Assembly (NCBI GenBank): GCA_963921275.4
Contig: OZ001293.3
Span: 1,600,001 to 1,664,000, forward strand
DNA: 64,000 nt
Direction of reading: 5' to 3'
DNA from: an uncultured Hormoscilla sp.
GTDB taxonomy: Bacteria > Cyanobacteriota > Cyanobacteriia > Cyanobacteriales > Desertifilaceae
Made by a program: the position numbers and the translations under genes. The notes under the pieces are model-generated. The model worked only from the letters and a program-made list of their open reading frames with translations. It searched no databases and was not told the origin of the DNA. Shown here in pieces: positions 1 to 9,589 of this stretch (position 1 is its first letter; each line of letters opens with the position of its first letter).

Positions 1-125
1 TGGCGATTCCTGAATCTATTAAGATACAACTAGATTTGCCTAAGCTGGACGAACAGCTTGCCTCCTTAGCAGATAATTCTCGGATCTCCCTAGACATTGT
101 TGGTCCTGTTGAAGTCAGGTTTAAA

Positions 126-723
126 GTGCGATTCGTTTAGTGTAAACTGCATACTAAGTATGTAGGGGACCACTAGCTGGGCTGACTGCCTGACACATCT
201 GTATGAACACCGTATCAGGTTCGACACCTTAATGACCGAATAAGCTCTAACCAGATCTGGTCATAGTAATCATGCTCAGCTTTAAAGGAAGCAAAGCACG
301 GTTGTGGAGCTCTGGGCAACAATGTATGACGGAAACCTCACATATTGGAGCACTCGATTAGGCCAGAACCCTGAACTGAACAAACGGGTAGCAACGCTGC
401 TCAAAAGGCAAAAAGGAAAATGCCAGCACTGCGGATTAATTTTCAGAGATAGTGACAAATGGGAAGTGGACCACATAATTCCTCTCTCACGAGGGGGAAA
501 AGACCGGTGGGACAATATCCAGCTGTTACACGGACATTGCCACGATGAAAAAACTGCACACGATGACAGCAACAGCCGTACTCATGACAAGAGTGACATC
601 GCGGAGGAGCCGGATGAGGTGAAAGTCTCACGGCGATGCCTTCGGGGTTTTTGCGAAGCATCCCGAAGGCATCGAACGGTTCTGAAGACTCCTCGGAGTG
701 GTGACACCCTAGCTTAGTTTAAC
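126..723 (+). mobile_element. Internally deleted group II intron (598 nt)
   Basis: 5' end GTGCGATTCG at 126. Domain V GAGCCGGATGAGGTGAAAGTCTCACG...CGGTTC at about 607-682. Domain VI ends TTTAAC at 723. The exons rejoin in frame. Confidence 0.9.
304..633 (+). pseudogene. C-terminal remnant (DNA-binding/HNH endonuclease) of the intron-encoded RT/maturase
   Basis: YDGNLTYWSTRLG..LLKRQKGKCQHC..EVDHIIPLSRGGKD..NIQLLHGHCHDEKT..EEPDEVKVSR. RT domains are absent. Confidence 0.85.
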
Positions 724-950
724 AATCGTCGCACTACTGTTGATGCATTGGTTTTACCCGATGGCAGTAATGTTTTACTGGGGGCTATTCCCCTGGAAGG
801 CATGGATGTTTTGATTGACCCTAAGCAGCAAAGGTTAATTGTCAATCCCGACAATCCTGACATGGCTGTGACGATCTTAAAATAATATCCGCATCTAGAG
901 ATAATTACAAACCTTGCTGGGAGGAAAAATATACATATTTAAGAGCAGCA

Positions 951-1290
951 TTGAAATCTGTTCAGTTTGTAATTGATGCTCAGGGTCAAAGGACAGGGGC
1001 GTCTCCTGGTCGCTCGATGTCTCCCATCGCACTACCCGGGAGACATCGTATTCGCACTACCCAGGAGACGCCGCGCGCTACTCGCACGTTCCCAGGCAGA
1101 GCCGTGGGAACGAGGGGGGGACACAGATAGAAGATAGGGAAGATGAAGCGATTGTAACAGCAGCTTTGGCGCAGTTGCAATCAGCGGGAAATAGTCCAGA
1201 AAAGGCAGGTTGGCTAGATTGGGAAGCTGTTAAAGATGAATGGGATGAAGATTGAGGGTTTTTAGATGTATCGAGTCATACTGTTAGCAT
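951..1290 (+). pseudogene. Probable type II TA remnant: antitoxin-like gene interrupted by palindromic repeats, then a truncated RelE-like start
   Basis: LKSVQFVIDAQGQRT...EDREDEAIVTAALAQLQSAGNSPEKAGWLDWEAVKDEWDED*, followed by MYRVILLASA, which breaks off. Confidence 0.4.
998..1115. repeat. Nested palindromic repeat cluster
   Basis: Outer IR GGCGTCTCCTGG..CCAGGAGACGCC (998-1072). Inner IR CGATGTCTCC..GGAGACATCG (1015-1048). Then REP-like GTTCCCAGGCAGAGCCGTGGGAAC, with a similar copy at about 29221. Confidence 0.75.
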
Positions 1291-1298
1291 CTGCACAT

Positions 1299-1484
1299 TA
1301 TGATTTAATCGAAGAACTACGAGATGCAGGCTATTATCATCTGAGAAATGATAGCTACTTCGGTCCAGTCACAGAACGAGGAGTAAAACAGTTTCAGCGG
1401 GATAATCAGTTATTCCCTGATGGAATAGCGGGTCCTTAAACCCGAAACATACTCCGCCTGCGAAATCAGCAGCGCCGTCGGTAA
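1299..1484 (+). pseudogene. Partial, stop-containing duplicate of the 3' half of the downstream peptidoglycan-binding gene
   Basis: YDLIEELRDAGYYHLRNDSYFGPVTERGVKQFQRDNQLFPDGIAGP* is near-identical to 1675-1845. Confidence 0.8.
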
Positions 1485-1491
1485 TAAGAGT

Positions 1492-1875
1492 ATGAAAAAT
1501 ACCATCATAGTTGCGGCTCTAATCATCTCCACGCTCTTTGGTATCATTAATATAAACGTAGAGCCAGCAGAAGCAGGGTACTGGCGATGTGAAGGCTGTG
1601 TCCCTTGGACACAGGGGGGAGATGATGACCGTGGCAGCTATTGTTTTCGTCTCGGTGACAGGGGGCCACTGATTTATGACTTAATCGAAGAACTACGTAA
1701 AGCGGGCTATTATCATCTGATAAATGGTAGCTACTTTGGTCCAGTCACAGAACGCGCTGTCATCAAGTTCCAACGCGATAATCAGTTACGTCCTGATGGA
1801 GTGGCGGGCCCTCAAACCCAGAACCTACTCCTCCTGCGAAATCAACAGATCCTGAAGTTGCCCAATAGCTGGTAA
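1492..1875 (+). CDS. Secreted peptidoglycan-binding domain protein (PG_binding_1-like)
   Basis: Signal peptide ending AEA, plus the motifs LGDRGP..FGPVTERAVIKFQRDNQLRPDGVAGPQT. Confidence 0.85.
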   Translation: MKNTIIVAALIISTLFGIININVEPAEAGYWRCEGCVPWTQGGDDDRGSYCFRLGDRGPLIYDLIEELRKAGYYHLINGSYFGPVTERAVIKFQRDNQLRPDGVAGPQTQNLLLLRNQQILKLPNSW

Positions 1876-2027
1876 AAGGTCAGTTGATAGTGGTCAACTG
1901 ACAAATAACAACCAACAACTGACAACCAACAGGCGAATAATGATATTTGGGTTATTTTATCATATATATGCCTACATGTCAACAATATTCTCAAAGACAA
2001 AAAAAGATGCCATCACCAAAAAAATTC

Positions 2028-2057
2028 TTGACAGTAGAGGCGGCTGAATGCTAACTT
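2028..2057 (+). promoter_or_regulatory. Sigma70-type promoter of tRNA-Leu
   Basis: TTGACA-18 nt-TAACTT with an extended TG, about 10 nt upstream of the tRNA. Confidence 0.6.
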
Positions 2058-2067
2058 AGAGATAGCT

Positions 2068-2149
2068 GCGGATGTGGCGGAATTGGTAGACGCGCTAGAT
2101 TTAGATTCTAGTGTCTTATGACGTGAAGGTTCAAGTCCTTTCATCCGCA
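2068..2149 (+). tRNA. trnL: tRNA-Leu (TAG)
   Basis: GCGGATG acceptor stem pairs with CATCCGC. D-loop GGAATTGGTAGAC, anticodon arm CTAGA-TTTAGAT-TCTAG, long variable arm, TTCAAGT T-loop. Confidence 0.95.
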
Positions 2150-2185
2150 TTAGTCCTAATTTGTCAAATTTGTCCATGCTCCCGT

Positions 2186-3229
2186 TCAGTCTTGGTGATG
2201 GAACCAGTTCTGTTCGTGCAGACGTTCCCAGGCTTTACGGAGATGATTGTGTTTGAAGAGGTGGCGCTTGCGATCGCTCCATTCGAGTACACCGGTGATT
2301 GCCTGTTCGCAATCAACCGCCGCTTGGGGGTCTTCGGTGGCGACCCAATGAATGGTTGCCAGCATTTCCATGCCGTAAGGGGTTTCAAAGCCAAAAATCA
2401 GGTTGCCAACTCGTTCTAGTCGTTCGTTGGCCTCGGGGTGTGCTGCTAGAAAGCGATGGGCGGCCTGGAGACCATCAGGGAGAAAGTAAATTTGAGAACT
2501 ATTAGTCCTATCTCCGTAACCTCGAATAAAATGCCCATCAATTCTTTGCAAAGCATGATTGAGATTATCGGCATAGGGACCAAATTTATGTTTGACGTAG
2601 CGCAGCTTTAACGGTTCGCCAGCGACTTGTAGGAAGTAGGCAAGTTTCTGAATTTCTAGCTTAGTCAAGCGATAACCTGGAATGTCGTACAGTTCCAGCA
2701 GACGAATGAACAAAGCCCGGGCGCGAGTCATCTTCGGCTTAGAAGTAGCAACAGGCATTTGAGCAGCCAGACGTGCGCCCATCGGTTCAAAGATAACAAC
2801 CCGCACCTCTGGCAAGTTGGCAAAGGCTAGGGTAATCATAGGTTTAACCTGTGCCCAGTCTAAGCCGCCGTTACCGCATCCCAGTGGAGGGATGGCAAGA
2901 GATTTAATCTCAAATTGTTGCACCTCAGCAACTAAAGCTTTTAGTCCAGTTTCAATATCTGATATTTTTGACTTTCCTCTCCAGTGACCTTTGGTGGGAA
3001 AGTTAATAATGTATCTAGGGTTGAACAAACTACCTGTGGCAAAGGTGAACATGTGACCGAGTTGCAGCTCTTTAGCATCACAGGCTTTTTTATACTGGCG
3101 GAAATTTTATGGAAAAGCCTGTTTGAACAGCAAGGCAATACCTTTGCTCATGACACCGACGCAGTTGATGGTGTTAACCAGAGCTTCTGTGTTAACTTCG
3201 AGTAGGTTGCCTTGCCTAAACTCAATCAT
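2186..3229 (-). pseudogene. darG: DarG macrodomain antitoxin (DNA ADP-ribosylglycohydrolase) with an in-frame TAA at codon 41
   Basis: [42 protein letters not shown]...IINFPTKGHWR...IPPLGCGNGGLDW plus the DarG C-terminal domain. Stop at 3107-3109. Confidence 0.9.
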
Positions 3230-3265
3230 TGCTTTGCTCCAGTTCCATTACAGCTATTTTAAAAC

Positions 3266-3892
3266 TTAGTAGTACCAATTAGAATAAACCTTAACGGGAG
3301 GTTGGTGGTCAACATTGCCTAAAATTTGTATAACCTGCTCCTGATATCGGCCATTGATGACCCCAATCTCTCGGATCAGTCTCCAAGGGCAGCATTCGTA
3401 AACTAGGAACTCTACTTGTCGGCGACACTTACGATTTGGATAGTCTTCAGTGTCAAACCAATACTTAGATTCCATGAGTTCCCAGTCAATAACCTCATAC
3501 AACCTGTCGAGATCGTCAAAAAAGTCAGAGTATGTCATGATTGCATGACCGTTTGTAAAGAGGAAAAAAATCTTCAAAGCTACTGATTCTGCTTCAACGA
3601 CAAGATAAATTACAGGGTTTTGTCCTTCCTGATAGCCTTCGACGTTGCCTGTACTGATTGAGTATAGCATAGGAGAACGGGGAGCAAAGTAAAACGGGAC
3701 ATAATCGTGTAAAGTACCACCAGCACTACAAGAAACCCGGATTCCGGCTCGTCTATCCTGTATATTTTTGTGAGCGATATCGATGTAATTTATTTCTTTT
3801 TGTTCTTGCTTGCTTTTGGCAATTATTCCGCCCGCAAGTAGGATAGAAGGCAAGTTTTTGATATGGGTGATGTGGTAAATATCAATAGGCAT
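3266..3892 (-). CDS. darT: DarT toxin (DUF4433 ssDNA thymidine ADP-ribosyltransferase)
   Basis: YHITHIKNLPSIL, LHDYVPFYFAPRSPMLY, FTNGHA and RRQVEFLV motifs. It lies directly upstream of darG. Confidence 0.92.
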   Translation of the reverse strand: MPIDIYHITHIKNLPSILLAGGIIAKSKQEQKEINYIDIAHKNIQDRRAGIRVSCSAGGTLHDYVPFYFAPRSPMLYSISTGNVEGYQEGQNPVIYLVVEAESVALKIFFLFTNGHAIMTYSDFFDDLDRLYEVIDWELMESKYWFDTEDYPNRKCRRQVEFLVYECCPWRLIREIGVINGRYQEQVIQILGNVDHQPPVKVYSNWYY

Positions 3893-3930
3893 TGGTCATG
3901 CATTCATGTCGCTAGTTGTACCAGTTTGCT

Positions 3931-4038
3931 TAAGTAGTCGGACAAAAACTCTTTATATTTGGGTAACTCAGGCATTATTCTACTGACAACGAACAACCTT
4001 CGGACAGGCGGGACAAGTCCTAAGCTACTAACTACTTA
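3931..4038. mobile_element. Small MITE of the TAAGTAG...CTACTTA family (other copies at about 28721-28833 and 36034-36169)
   Basis: Terminal IRs TAAGTAGT../..ACTACTTA, shared with the other two copies. Confidence 0.55.
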
Positions 4039-4055
4039 TTTCTTTCCTACCATAC

Positions 4056-6371
4056 TCACCCGCTTAATCTTACCCAAACCCTGAGTATCCCGGAGCAATG
4101 TTGCAGACGTAGCCGCAGCAGATTGTAGCTAGTCTCCTTACCGCCATAACGCCAGAGGACATAAGCCTGAGAAATCTCATCGATCGCCCCAGCCGCCTCC
4201 GAGTGATAATGTGGGCGTAATGCTGTAGCATACTCCAAGGGAGTTTGAGCCGGATGCTTAGGATATCCCTGAGCCTTTAACAGATCCAGCATTTGCCAGT
4301 AGATACTTTCAATGGGAGGCAACTTAGCCAGCTTCTGGCTGTGAAGCCACCGCCCCAACAGATTCCCACCCAACCATCCCAGAAAGGCCAGGCCGCAGGC
4401 CAGCATCAGACCAGTCAACAATCCCACCCAGCCACTGGTAAACAGTCGCCACAGCCAGATGAGCGATTGCCCTGCCCACCGGAAAATCCCACCAAACAGA
4501 GTCGCGAATAGATTCCGGACCGGACTGGGAAACCAACCGGCGACCCAATGCCAGAACTGTCGTAGGACACCAAAAGTCTGATAATCTTCAACCGAAGGGG
4601 GAATCAGTTCGTGACCGGGAATGGGGTCAAAAGCAAACCAACCGTACTGGGGAAAATACACCTCCGTCACCGCATAGGCGTCACTATTGCGAACCTCATA
4701 AAGACCAGTGAAAGGATTGAACTCTCCCGGTCCAAAGCCCACCGCTAACCTTGCAGGTACGCCGATGGAACGCAGCATAATTGTTAAAACCGTAGAGAAG
4801 TGGTCGGGATAGCCACCTTCGTAATCGAACAGAAAAGCCTCTACCAGATCCCGTTCTTCATCTAATACAGGCAAGTTGGGCTGAATTGTATAATGCTGCT
4901 TTAAATATTGTGCCAGATAGAGAGCTTGCTCATAGGCAACAGTCACGGGCTTTTCTGATTTTGCCAATATCTCTTCAGTCCGTTGGCGCACCCTGTCAGC
5001 AATTAAGGAGGGAATTTGCAGGTACTTATCCTCGATACTAGCTGTATACACCGATCGCGCTTGTCCCAATTGAGTGCGATCGCGCAAGGGAACTTGAGAG
5101 ATAACAGTATAAGTATCGCCATCCAGCAAACCTAGAGGCGATCGCAAAGAGTCTTCCGCATCGACCTCAACCTTCTTAGTAAAAAAGAAAAGTTGCTTCG
5201 GTTGGGTCATAGCGGGAATAATATTCGGCAGTTCCGAAACTATAGAATAGGTTTGCACCACCTCTCTAGTTTGAGCCTGAGTCGGCCTACTCGGCAAAAA
5301 GAACCGATAGGACCAGCTAGGCCGTTCCACAGTTGCCGTCTGTTCGCGAGAAATCTCCCAACCATGACCGGTGTAGCGGTCAAAACCCAACACCCGCCAA
5401 AAACCTGCCGCCTGCGATCGCACCCGCATCACCACCCTCGGTTGCATCTGTCCCCGCAGGTTCTGGTTAATCTTAGTATTAAAGCCGTAATAAAAAGTGT
5501 CATCTAGTTCCGTACCATCGCTCCCCCTACCACCGGTGCCCTCACCGTCCGATTCAGCATTTCCTTCTCTAACATAGCCAGGATTAGCAATCCCATCAAT
5601 TTCCGGTCGGTCAGCTTCTTCCACTTGATTAGAAGCACTCACCGGAAAAGTCCGCAATTGATAGCCCGGCACCCTGGGTAAAGACGCAAAAATTGCCAAA
5701 CCTAATGTGACAATTAACAGCAATATCAGACTCAAACGTCCCAGAGATAGTTCTGGTGGTAGCGATGGTAATAATTTGCGGAGATTTTTTCTACTAGGAC
5801 CAACTTTAGTCCGACTAGGAATTAAACCTAGGCGGGAGCGGTAATCTAAAACCAGAGTTGGCAAAGCTAAGGCCAAAAATAGCAGCAAAAGAGGGGCAAA
5901 AGCCAAAGTTTGAGACAGAGTACCAGCAACCCCAATCAAGATCAGCCCGATCGCCATCGAGTATCCCAAATCATGACGGCGGGGGAGGTCAAAACTGTGG
6001 AGTACCTGGAGTTGAATCAACAACTCTGCCAACACTAGCCTAGTATCATTCAGCTGAGTGAACAGGTTACCCAAGAAAGCAAACAGGGCCACCAGCATAG
6101 CCATCGCCAGTAGAAACTTCACTGCCACATTGCGTTTTCTGCGCCGATGCCAACTCCACGTAGCACCAACCACACTCAGGGGCACCCCCCAGAAACTCAT
6201 CTGGGTTCCGGCCGCCACATCCGTAGCAATAATTCCCACAATCACTAGCGCTTGTACTAAAACCCGTAAGAGGAGCGAATCCTCCGGCACTGGGAGAGGC
6301 AACGCCTGAATGCGTCGCCACAGTTCGCCAAAGATTGGTATATCTGACCTGCTTGCAGAGGAGTTAGACAT
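4056..6371 (-). CDS. DUF3488 / transglutaminase-like / DUF4129 membrane protein
   Basis: N-terminal TM helices; GGYPDHFSTVLTIMLRSIGVPARLAVGF and DAYAVTEVYFPQYGWFAFDP; C-terminal QTPLEYA. Confidence 0.88.
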   Translation of the reverse strand: MSNSSASRSDIPIFGELWRRIQALPLPVPEDSLLLRVLVQALVIVGIIATDVAAGTQMSFWGVPLSVVGATWSWHRRRKRNVAVKFLLAMAMLVALFAFLGNLFTQLNDTRLVLAELLIQLQVLHSFDLPRRHDLGYSMAIGLILIGVAGTLSQTLAFAPLLLLFLALALPTLVLDYRSRLGLIPSRTKVGPSRKNLRKLLPSLPPELSLGRLSLILLLIVTLGLAIFASLPRVPGYQLRTFPVSASNQVEEADRPEIDGIANPGYVREGNAESDGEGTGGRGSDGTELDDTFYYGFNTKINQNLRGQMQPRVVMRVRSQAAGFWRVLGFDRYTGHGWEISREQTATVERPSWSYRFFLPSRPTQAQTREVVQTYSIVSELPNIIPAMTQPKQLFFFTKKVEVDAEDSLRSPLGLLDGDTYTVISQVPLRDRTQLGQARSVYTASIEDKYLQIPSLIADRVRQRTEEILAKSEKPVTVAYEQALYLAQYLKQHYTIQPNLPVLDEERDLVEAFLFDYEGGYPDHFSTVLTIMLRSIGVPARLAVGFGPGEFNPFTGLYEVRNSDAYAVTEVYFPQYGWFAFDPIPGHELIPPSVEDYQTFGVLRQFWHWVAGWFPSPVRNLFATLFGGIFRWAGQSLIWLWRLFTSGWVGLLTGLMLACGLAFLGWLGGNLLGRWLHSQKLAKLPPIESIYWQMLDLLKAQGYPKHPAQTPLEYATALRPHYHSEAAGAIDEISQAYVLWRYGGKETSYNLLRLRLQHCSGILRVWVRLSG

Positions 6372-6426
6372 GTTAATTCATAGATTTGGGATGCTACAAT
6401 TAATGTAACATATCCACCCAACCCAT

Positions 6427-7518
6427 CTAAGTAGGACAAACAGCAAAAATCAGGGGAGTAGTAGACTCTGTGGGAAACTCAATCACCAAGCAGTAAGTCT
6501 GTAAGGCTTGAATATCTGACAATTCTACAGTCAAACTGCCGGTATTTTCTCGTTGCGCGATCGCCTCTGTCTGGTCTCCGGTCAACTTTAACCTACCAGC
6601 ACAAGGCATCTGAGCCTGAATCTCCAACCAAGATACACCATCTCTAATATAGTAATTAGCCCGAACAATCAACTTCCCAGCCCTAGTCAGCCATTCTCTG
6701 GACACCACTGGTCCCGACAAGTTTAATGACAGAGTCAGACCATTCAAAATCTGCCTTGCTGCCAGTAAGGATAGTTGCATCTGTTGGGTAGGCGTTGTGG
6801 TTTCATAACTGCTGGGGAAATTCTTCTGGTCTACTGGACCACGATGGGTAGACTCTAACTGCCCCCATTGATTGAACCGATACTCTAAGAGCACCATACC
6901 AGCTAACTCGTTCAGAGTCTGGAGGTGGTTAGGAAACAGCTCGCCGGTAGCCTGAACTAATTTAGCACCTTCACGCAGTCCCGAGCGGGCGATAAGCTGA
7001 CATTGCTCTAGCAGCTGAGCTAAGATAGATTCGGGGAGTTTAACTGGCACTGGCAGGTTCAGGTAAAATAGCTGGGCAGTCCAGGGTAGTTCGGGAACTC
7101 CCGAAAACAATGTGGAGTCAGAAATATCATCATAGTATTCGCAAACCTCTGTTTCCCAAGGAAATAGTGGCAGCTTTGATGCGATTTCCGATTTAATTCG
7201 GCGCTTTAAAACAGCCTGGAAACGATCTTGCACAGCAGGTATCTCTCCAATTTCAAGTGGTTGAGACTCCAGCGGTTGTCTAGGAGAACCGCTAGAGTCG
7301 GGTGTGAAAATATCAATTTCTGCCGCTACAAGCGGAATATCGTCACCCCACCATATATCTTCGTCTGGTGAAGTTCGTTCTCTGGAAGTTTTGGAATTCT
7401 CTAGGTTAGCTTGTGGCCCAGATGAAGGTGTAGATGCGTTCGCTTTTGGAGCTTGTAGCAGCCAAGCGAGTAATTCATCTGTGTTGGCTTCTGGCTCTCT
7501 ATTCATGTTTAGATGCAT
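6427..7518 (-). CDS. patU: PatU-like protein
   Basis: GEIPAVQDRFQAVLKRRIKSEI..KLPLFPWETE motif, and position directly downstream of a hetZ-like gene. Confidence 0.65.
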   Translation of the reverse strand: MHLNMNREPEANTDELLAWLLQAPKANASTPSSGPQANLENSKTSRERTSPDEDIWWGDDIPLVAAEIDIFTPDSSGSPRQPLESQPLEIGEIPAVQDRFQAVLKRRIKSEIASKLPLFPWETEVCEYYDDISDSTLFSGVPELPWTAQLFYLNLPVPVKLPESILAQLLEQCQLIARSGLREGAKLVQATGELFPNHLQTLNELAGMVLLEYRFNQWGQLESTHRGPVDQKNFPSSYETTTPTQQMQLSLLAARQILNGLTLSLNLSGPVVSREWLTRAGKLIVRANYYIRDGVSWLEIQAQMPCAGRLKLTGDQTEAIAQRENTGSLTVELSDIQALQTYCLVIEFPTESTTPLIFAVCPT

Positions 7519-7536
7519 TCATTCCGGATAATAATA

Positions 7537-8682
7537 TCAGGTATTACGGATTTCCCAAGCTATTTGTAGCAGATGTGACCACTTTTTGGTGACTTGGCTA
7601 GGAGTGATGCCCAGATCGGAGGCGATCGCCTGATGGGGGAGTTTCTGTTGCTTAATGCCGAGCAAACTCCGCTGTTGTTGATTCAGCTTGTCCGTAAAAG
7701 TCTGCCATTGTCCGGGAGTCATGCCCAAGTTCCGTTCCAGGTCCGCTTCCAACCACTGATGCACCAATTCCCATCCCGATCCCGTAGCAAACTGGCTCAG
7801 ATGGTATTTAAAGCGCTGCTGTAAATAGTCCCGTTCCCGGGGAGTCAAACCCAGGATCTCTTCAATTTCCGATGTCGATAAATCCTGCAAGCGGAGGGCA
7901 AAGTAGTCAGCACAATCAAGTTGATTGCGGTCCTGTAAATACTGCATCAATTCTTCAACCACCTTGAAGCGCAGGTGATCTTCTATTGGGTTAGGATCCG
8001 CCGTCGCCACCATAACCTCTCGCACCTGCTTTCCCGGCGCTGCACCCCAGTTTCCGCCTGACTCACCAGTGGCTCCCTCTGCTGCCCTTTCCATATCAAC
8101 AAAAGTTTCTGGCGGTTGCTGCCCTGAAAAAGTTTGGGCGCGGAGAATAATCAGTTGTTGAGACCGACCTCGCAATAGTCGAATACGGCGTTTCCCGTAG
8201 CGTTCTACAAAAGCCATGTACTCTGACAACTCCAGCAAAGTTTTCGGTTGATAGGTAACCGGCAGTTCTGATTCCCGGCGCAAGGAATTCAGCGCCTCTA
8301 TGTAAAAACCCTGCAAAAAATCTTCAATCAGAGTCAGCCTCCCTTGATAGCTGGATGGCAGCCCTGATGGAGTAATGTAGCGATAGACGATCGCACTCAG
8401 AGAGCTGTGTAATTCCACCCGTCCTTGGCGAGACCCCAAATTATAGTAGTGAAGACATTGCTTGAGGCGCTGACTGGCTAGCGTCTGCGCCCATGAAGCT
8501 ATTTCGCCGGAGGCTTGAATCCGCTTGCTTTCAGAGCATATCCGCGTCACTTCTGTGGCTATACGTTTTGCCACCTCTTGACAGTTTCCCTCTGATGCAC
8601 GGGTAGACTGTTTAAGTTTTCTCAACAGGAGCTGAAAAACTTTCTCAAAGATTGCCTCCACGATCGGCACCAATCTCCCCAT
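7537..8682 (-). CDS. hetZ: HetZ-related regulator
   Basis: YYNLGSRQGRVELHSSLSAIVYRYI, LIEDFLQGFY and LGLTPRERDYLQQRFKYH motifs. Confidence 0.75.
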   Translation of the reverse strand: MGRLVPIVEAIFEKVFQLLLRKLKQSTRASEGNCQEVAKRIATEVTRICSESKRIQASGEIASWAQTLASQRLKQCLHYYNLGSRQGRVELHSSLSAIVYRYITPSGLPSSYQGRLTLIEDFLQGFYIEALNSLRRESELPVTYQPKTLLELSEYMAFVERYGKRRIRLLRGRSQQLIILRAQTFSGQQPPETFVDMERAAEGATGESGGNWGAAPGKQVREVMVATADPNPIEDHLRFKVVEELMQYLQDRNQLDCADYFALRLQDLSTSEIEEILGLTPRERDYLQQRFKYHLSQFATGSGWELVHQWLEADLERNLGMTPGQWQTFTDKLNQQQRSLLGIKQQKLPHQAIASDLGITPSQVTKKWSHLLQIAWEIRNT

Positions 8683-8933
8683 TACGACTTCTTTGCTATC
8701 AATGACCCTAACACACCCACCAGCATACTCAAAACTTTACGCTCATTGGCCAATCCCGTTCGCGTAGGCGTAGCCCTGTGCGCGCAGCGCAATCGCCGGT
8801 GGGCATGGTACCTTATAATTTATAGCATTGACCAAAAATCTTGCTACCAAGGATCCGCCCGCTCGTCTTGTCGCCGCCATTTGGGCCATCTCATCATCCC
8901 TACCCACAGCATGAATACCCGAGAAGTCTAATT

Positions 8934-9404
8934 ATGAACTTAGACCAACAAATTAAACTGTTGATTGACCAAGCTCCCACCAGCACCCCCTTCTTGATGG
9001 AGGCGATCGCTCCTGTACTCAAGTCGATCGCTTCGCAGTTAAAGCACTCGCAATATTATATCATACAGAGCGCAGATGACAATTGGGTGTTAACAACTCT
9101 GAGCAATCGGGTCCAACCCGAGCTGCAAAAAAATGTCATTTATGCCTTTCCTACCCAGAAAGACGCCGCCAATACCGCCTATGCCCGACAAGACCCGAGG
9201 GCGATGGCCTTGCCACATCCTGTCACTCACATTTTATTTCAGATGGTAGCAATGGAAACTGTCGATAGTCTGGTGTTCTTTGAGACCCCCGGAAATCTCG
9301 ACGCCGGTACTGAAGTTGAGCGTGCTGATGTACAAAAATTAATTTTCTCATATATGCAGCTTCTCAAGCGCAAGTCTAATAATATCCCCGACGATATCGC
9401 CTAA
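8934..9404 (+). CDS. Conserved cyanobacterial hypothetical protein
   Basis: MNLDQQIKLLIDQAP..KNVIYAFPT..PVTHILFQM..FFETPGNL..IPDDIA. Start placed at the internal Met. Confidence 0.7.
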   Translation: MNLDQQIKLLIDQAPTSTPFLMEAIAPVLKSIASQLKHSQYYIIQSADDNWVLTTLSNRVQPELQKNVIYAFPTQKDAANTAYARQDPRAMALPHPVTHILFQMVAMETVDSLVFFETPGNLDAGTEVERADVQKLIFSYMQLLKRKSNNIPDDIA

Positions 9405-9589
9405 CAATTCAAAATTCTGGCATTGACAACTGAGGCAAGTCCCGGCCTTGGGCTATCCTAACTGTCCGACGCGGGAGCGCTATGAACATGAATAAATAAT
9501 CAACAACTTTCCCTTTTCAACTTTCCCTTTTCAACTTTCCCTGGGGACCGCCTGGGAACACGCTGCGCTATTCTCAATTTACAACGCCA

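Larger units (their letters stand above)
1..885 (+). pseudogene. Clan AA (retropepsin-like) aspartyl protease, 5' end outside the window, split by a group II intron (exons <1..125 and 724..885)
   Basis: Removing 126..723 joins ...VGPVEVRFK|NRRTTVDALVLPDGSNVLLGAIPLEGMDVLIDPKQQRLIVNP...* in frame. The LLGAIPLEGMD motif is typical of this family. Confidence 0.75.

Noticed and set aside
126..1875. Diversity-generating retroelement (RT remnant plus duplicated 1299-1484/1675-1845)
   Set aside because: The remnant is a group II intron HNH tail with domains V/VI, and differences between the duplicates are not restricted to adenines.
2068..3892. Integrative element at tRNA-Leu carrying darTG
   Set aside because: I found no integrase and no duplicated tRNA 3' end in the window.
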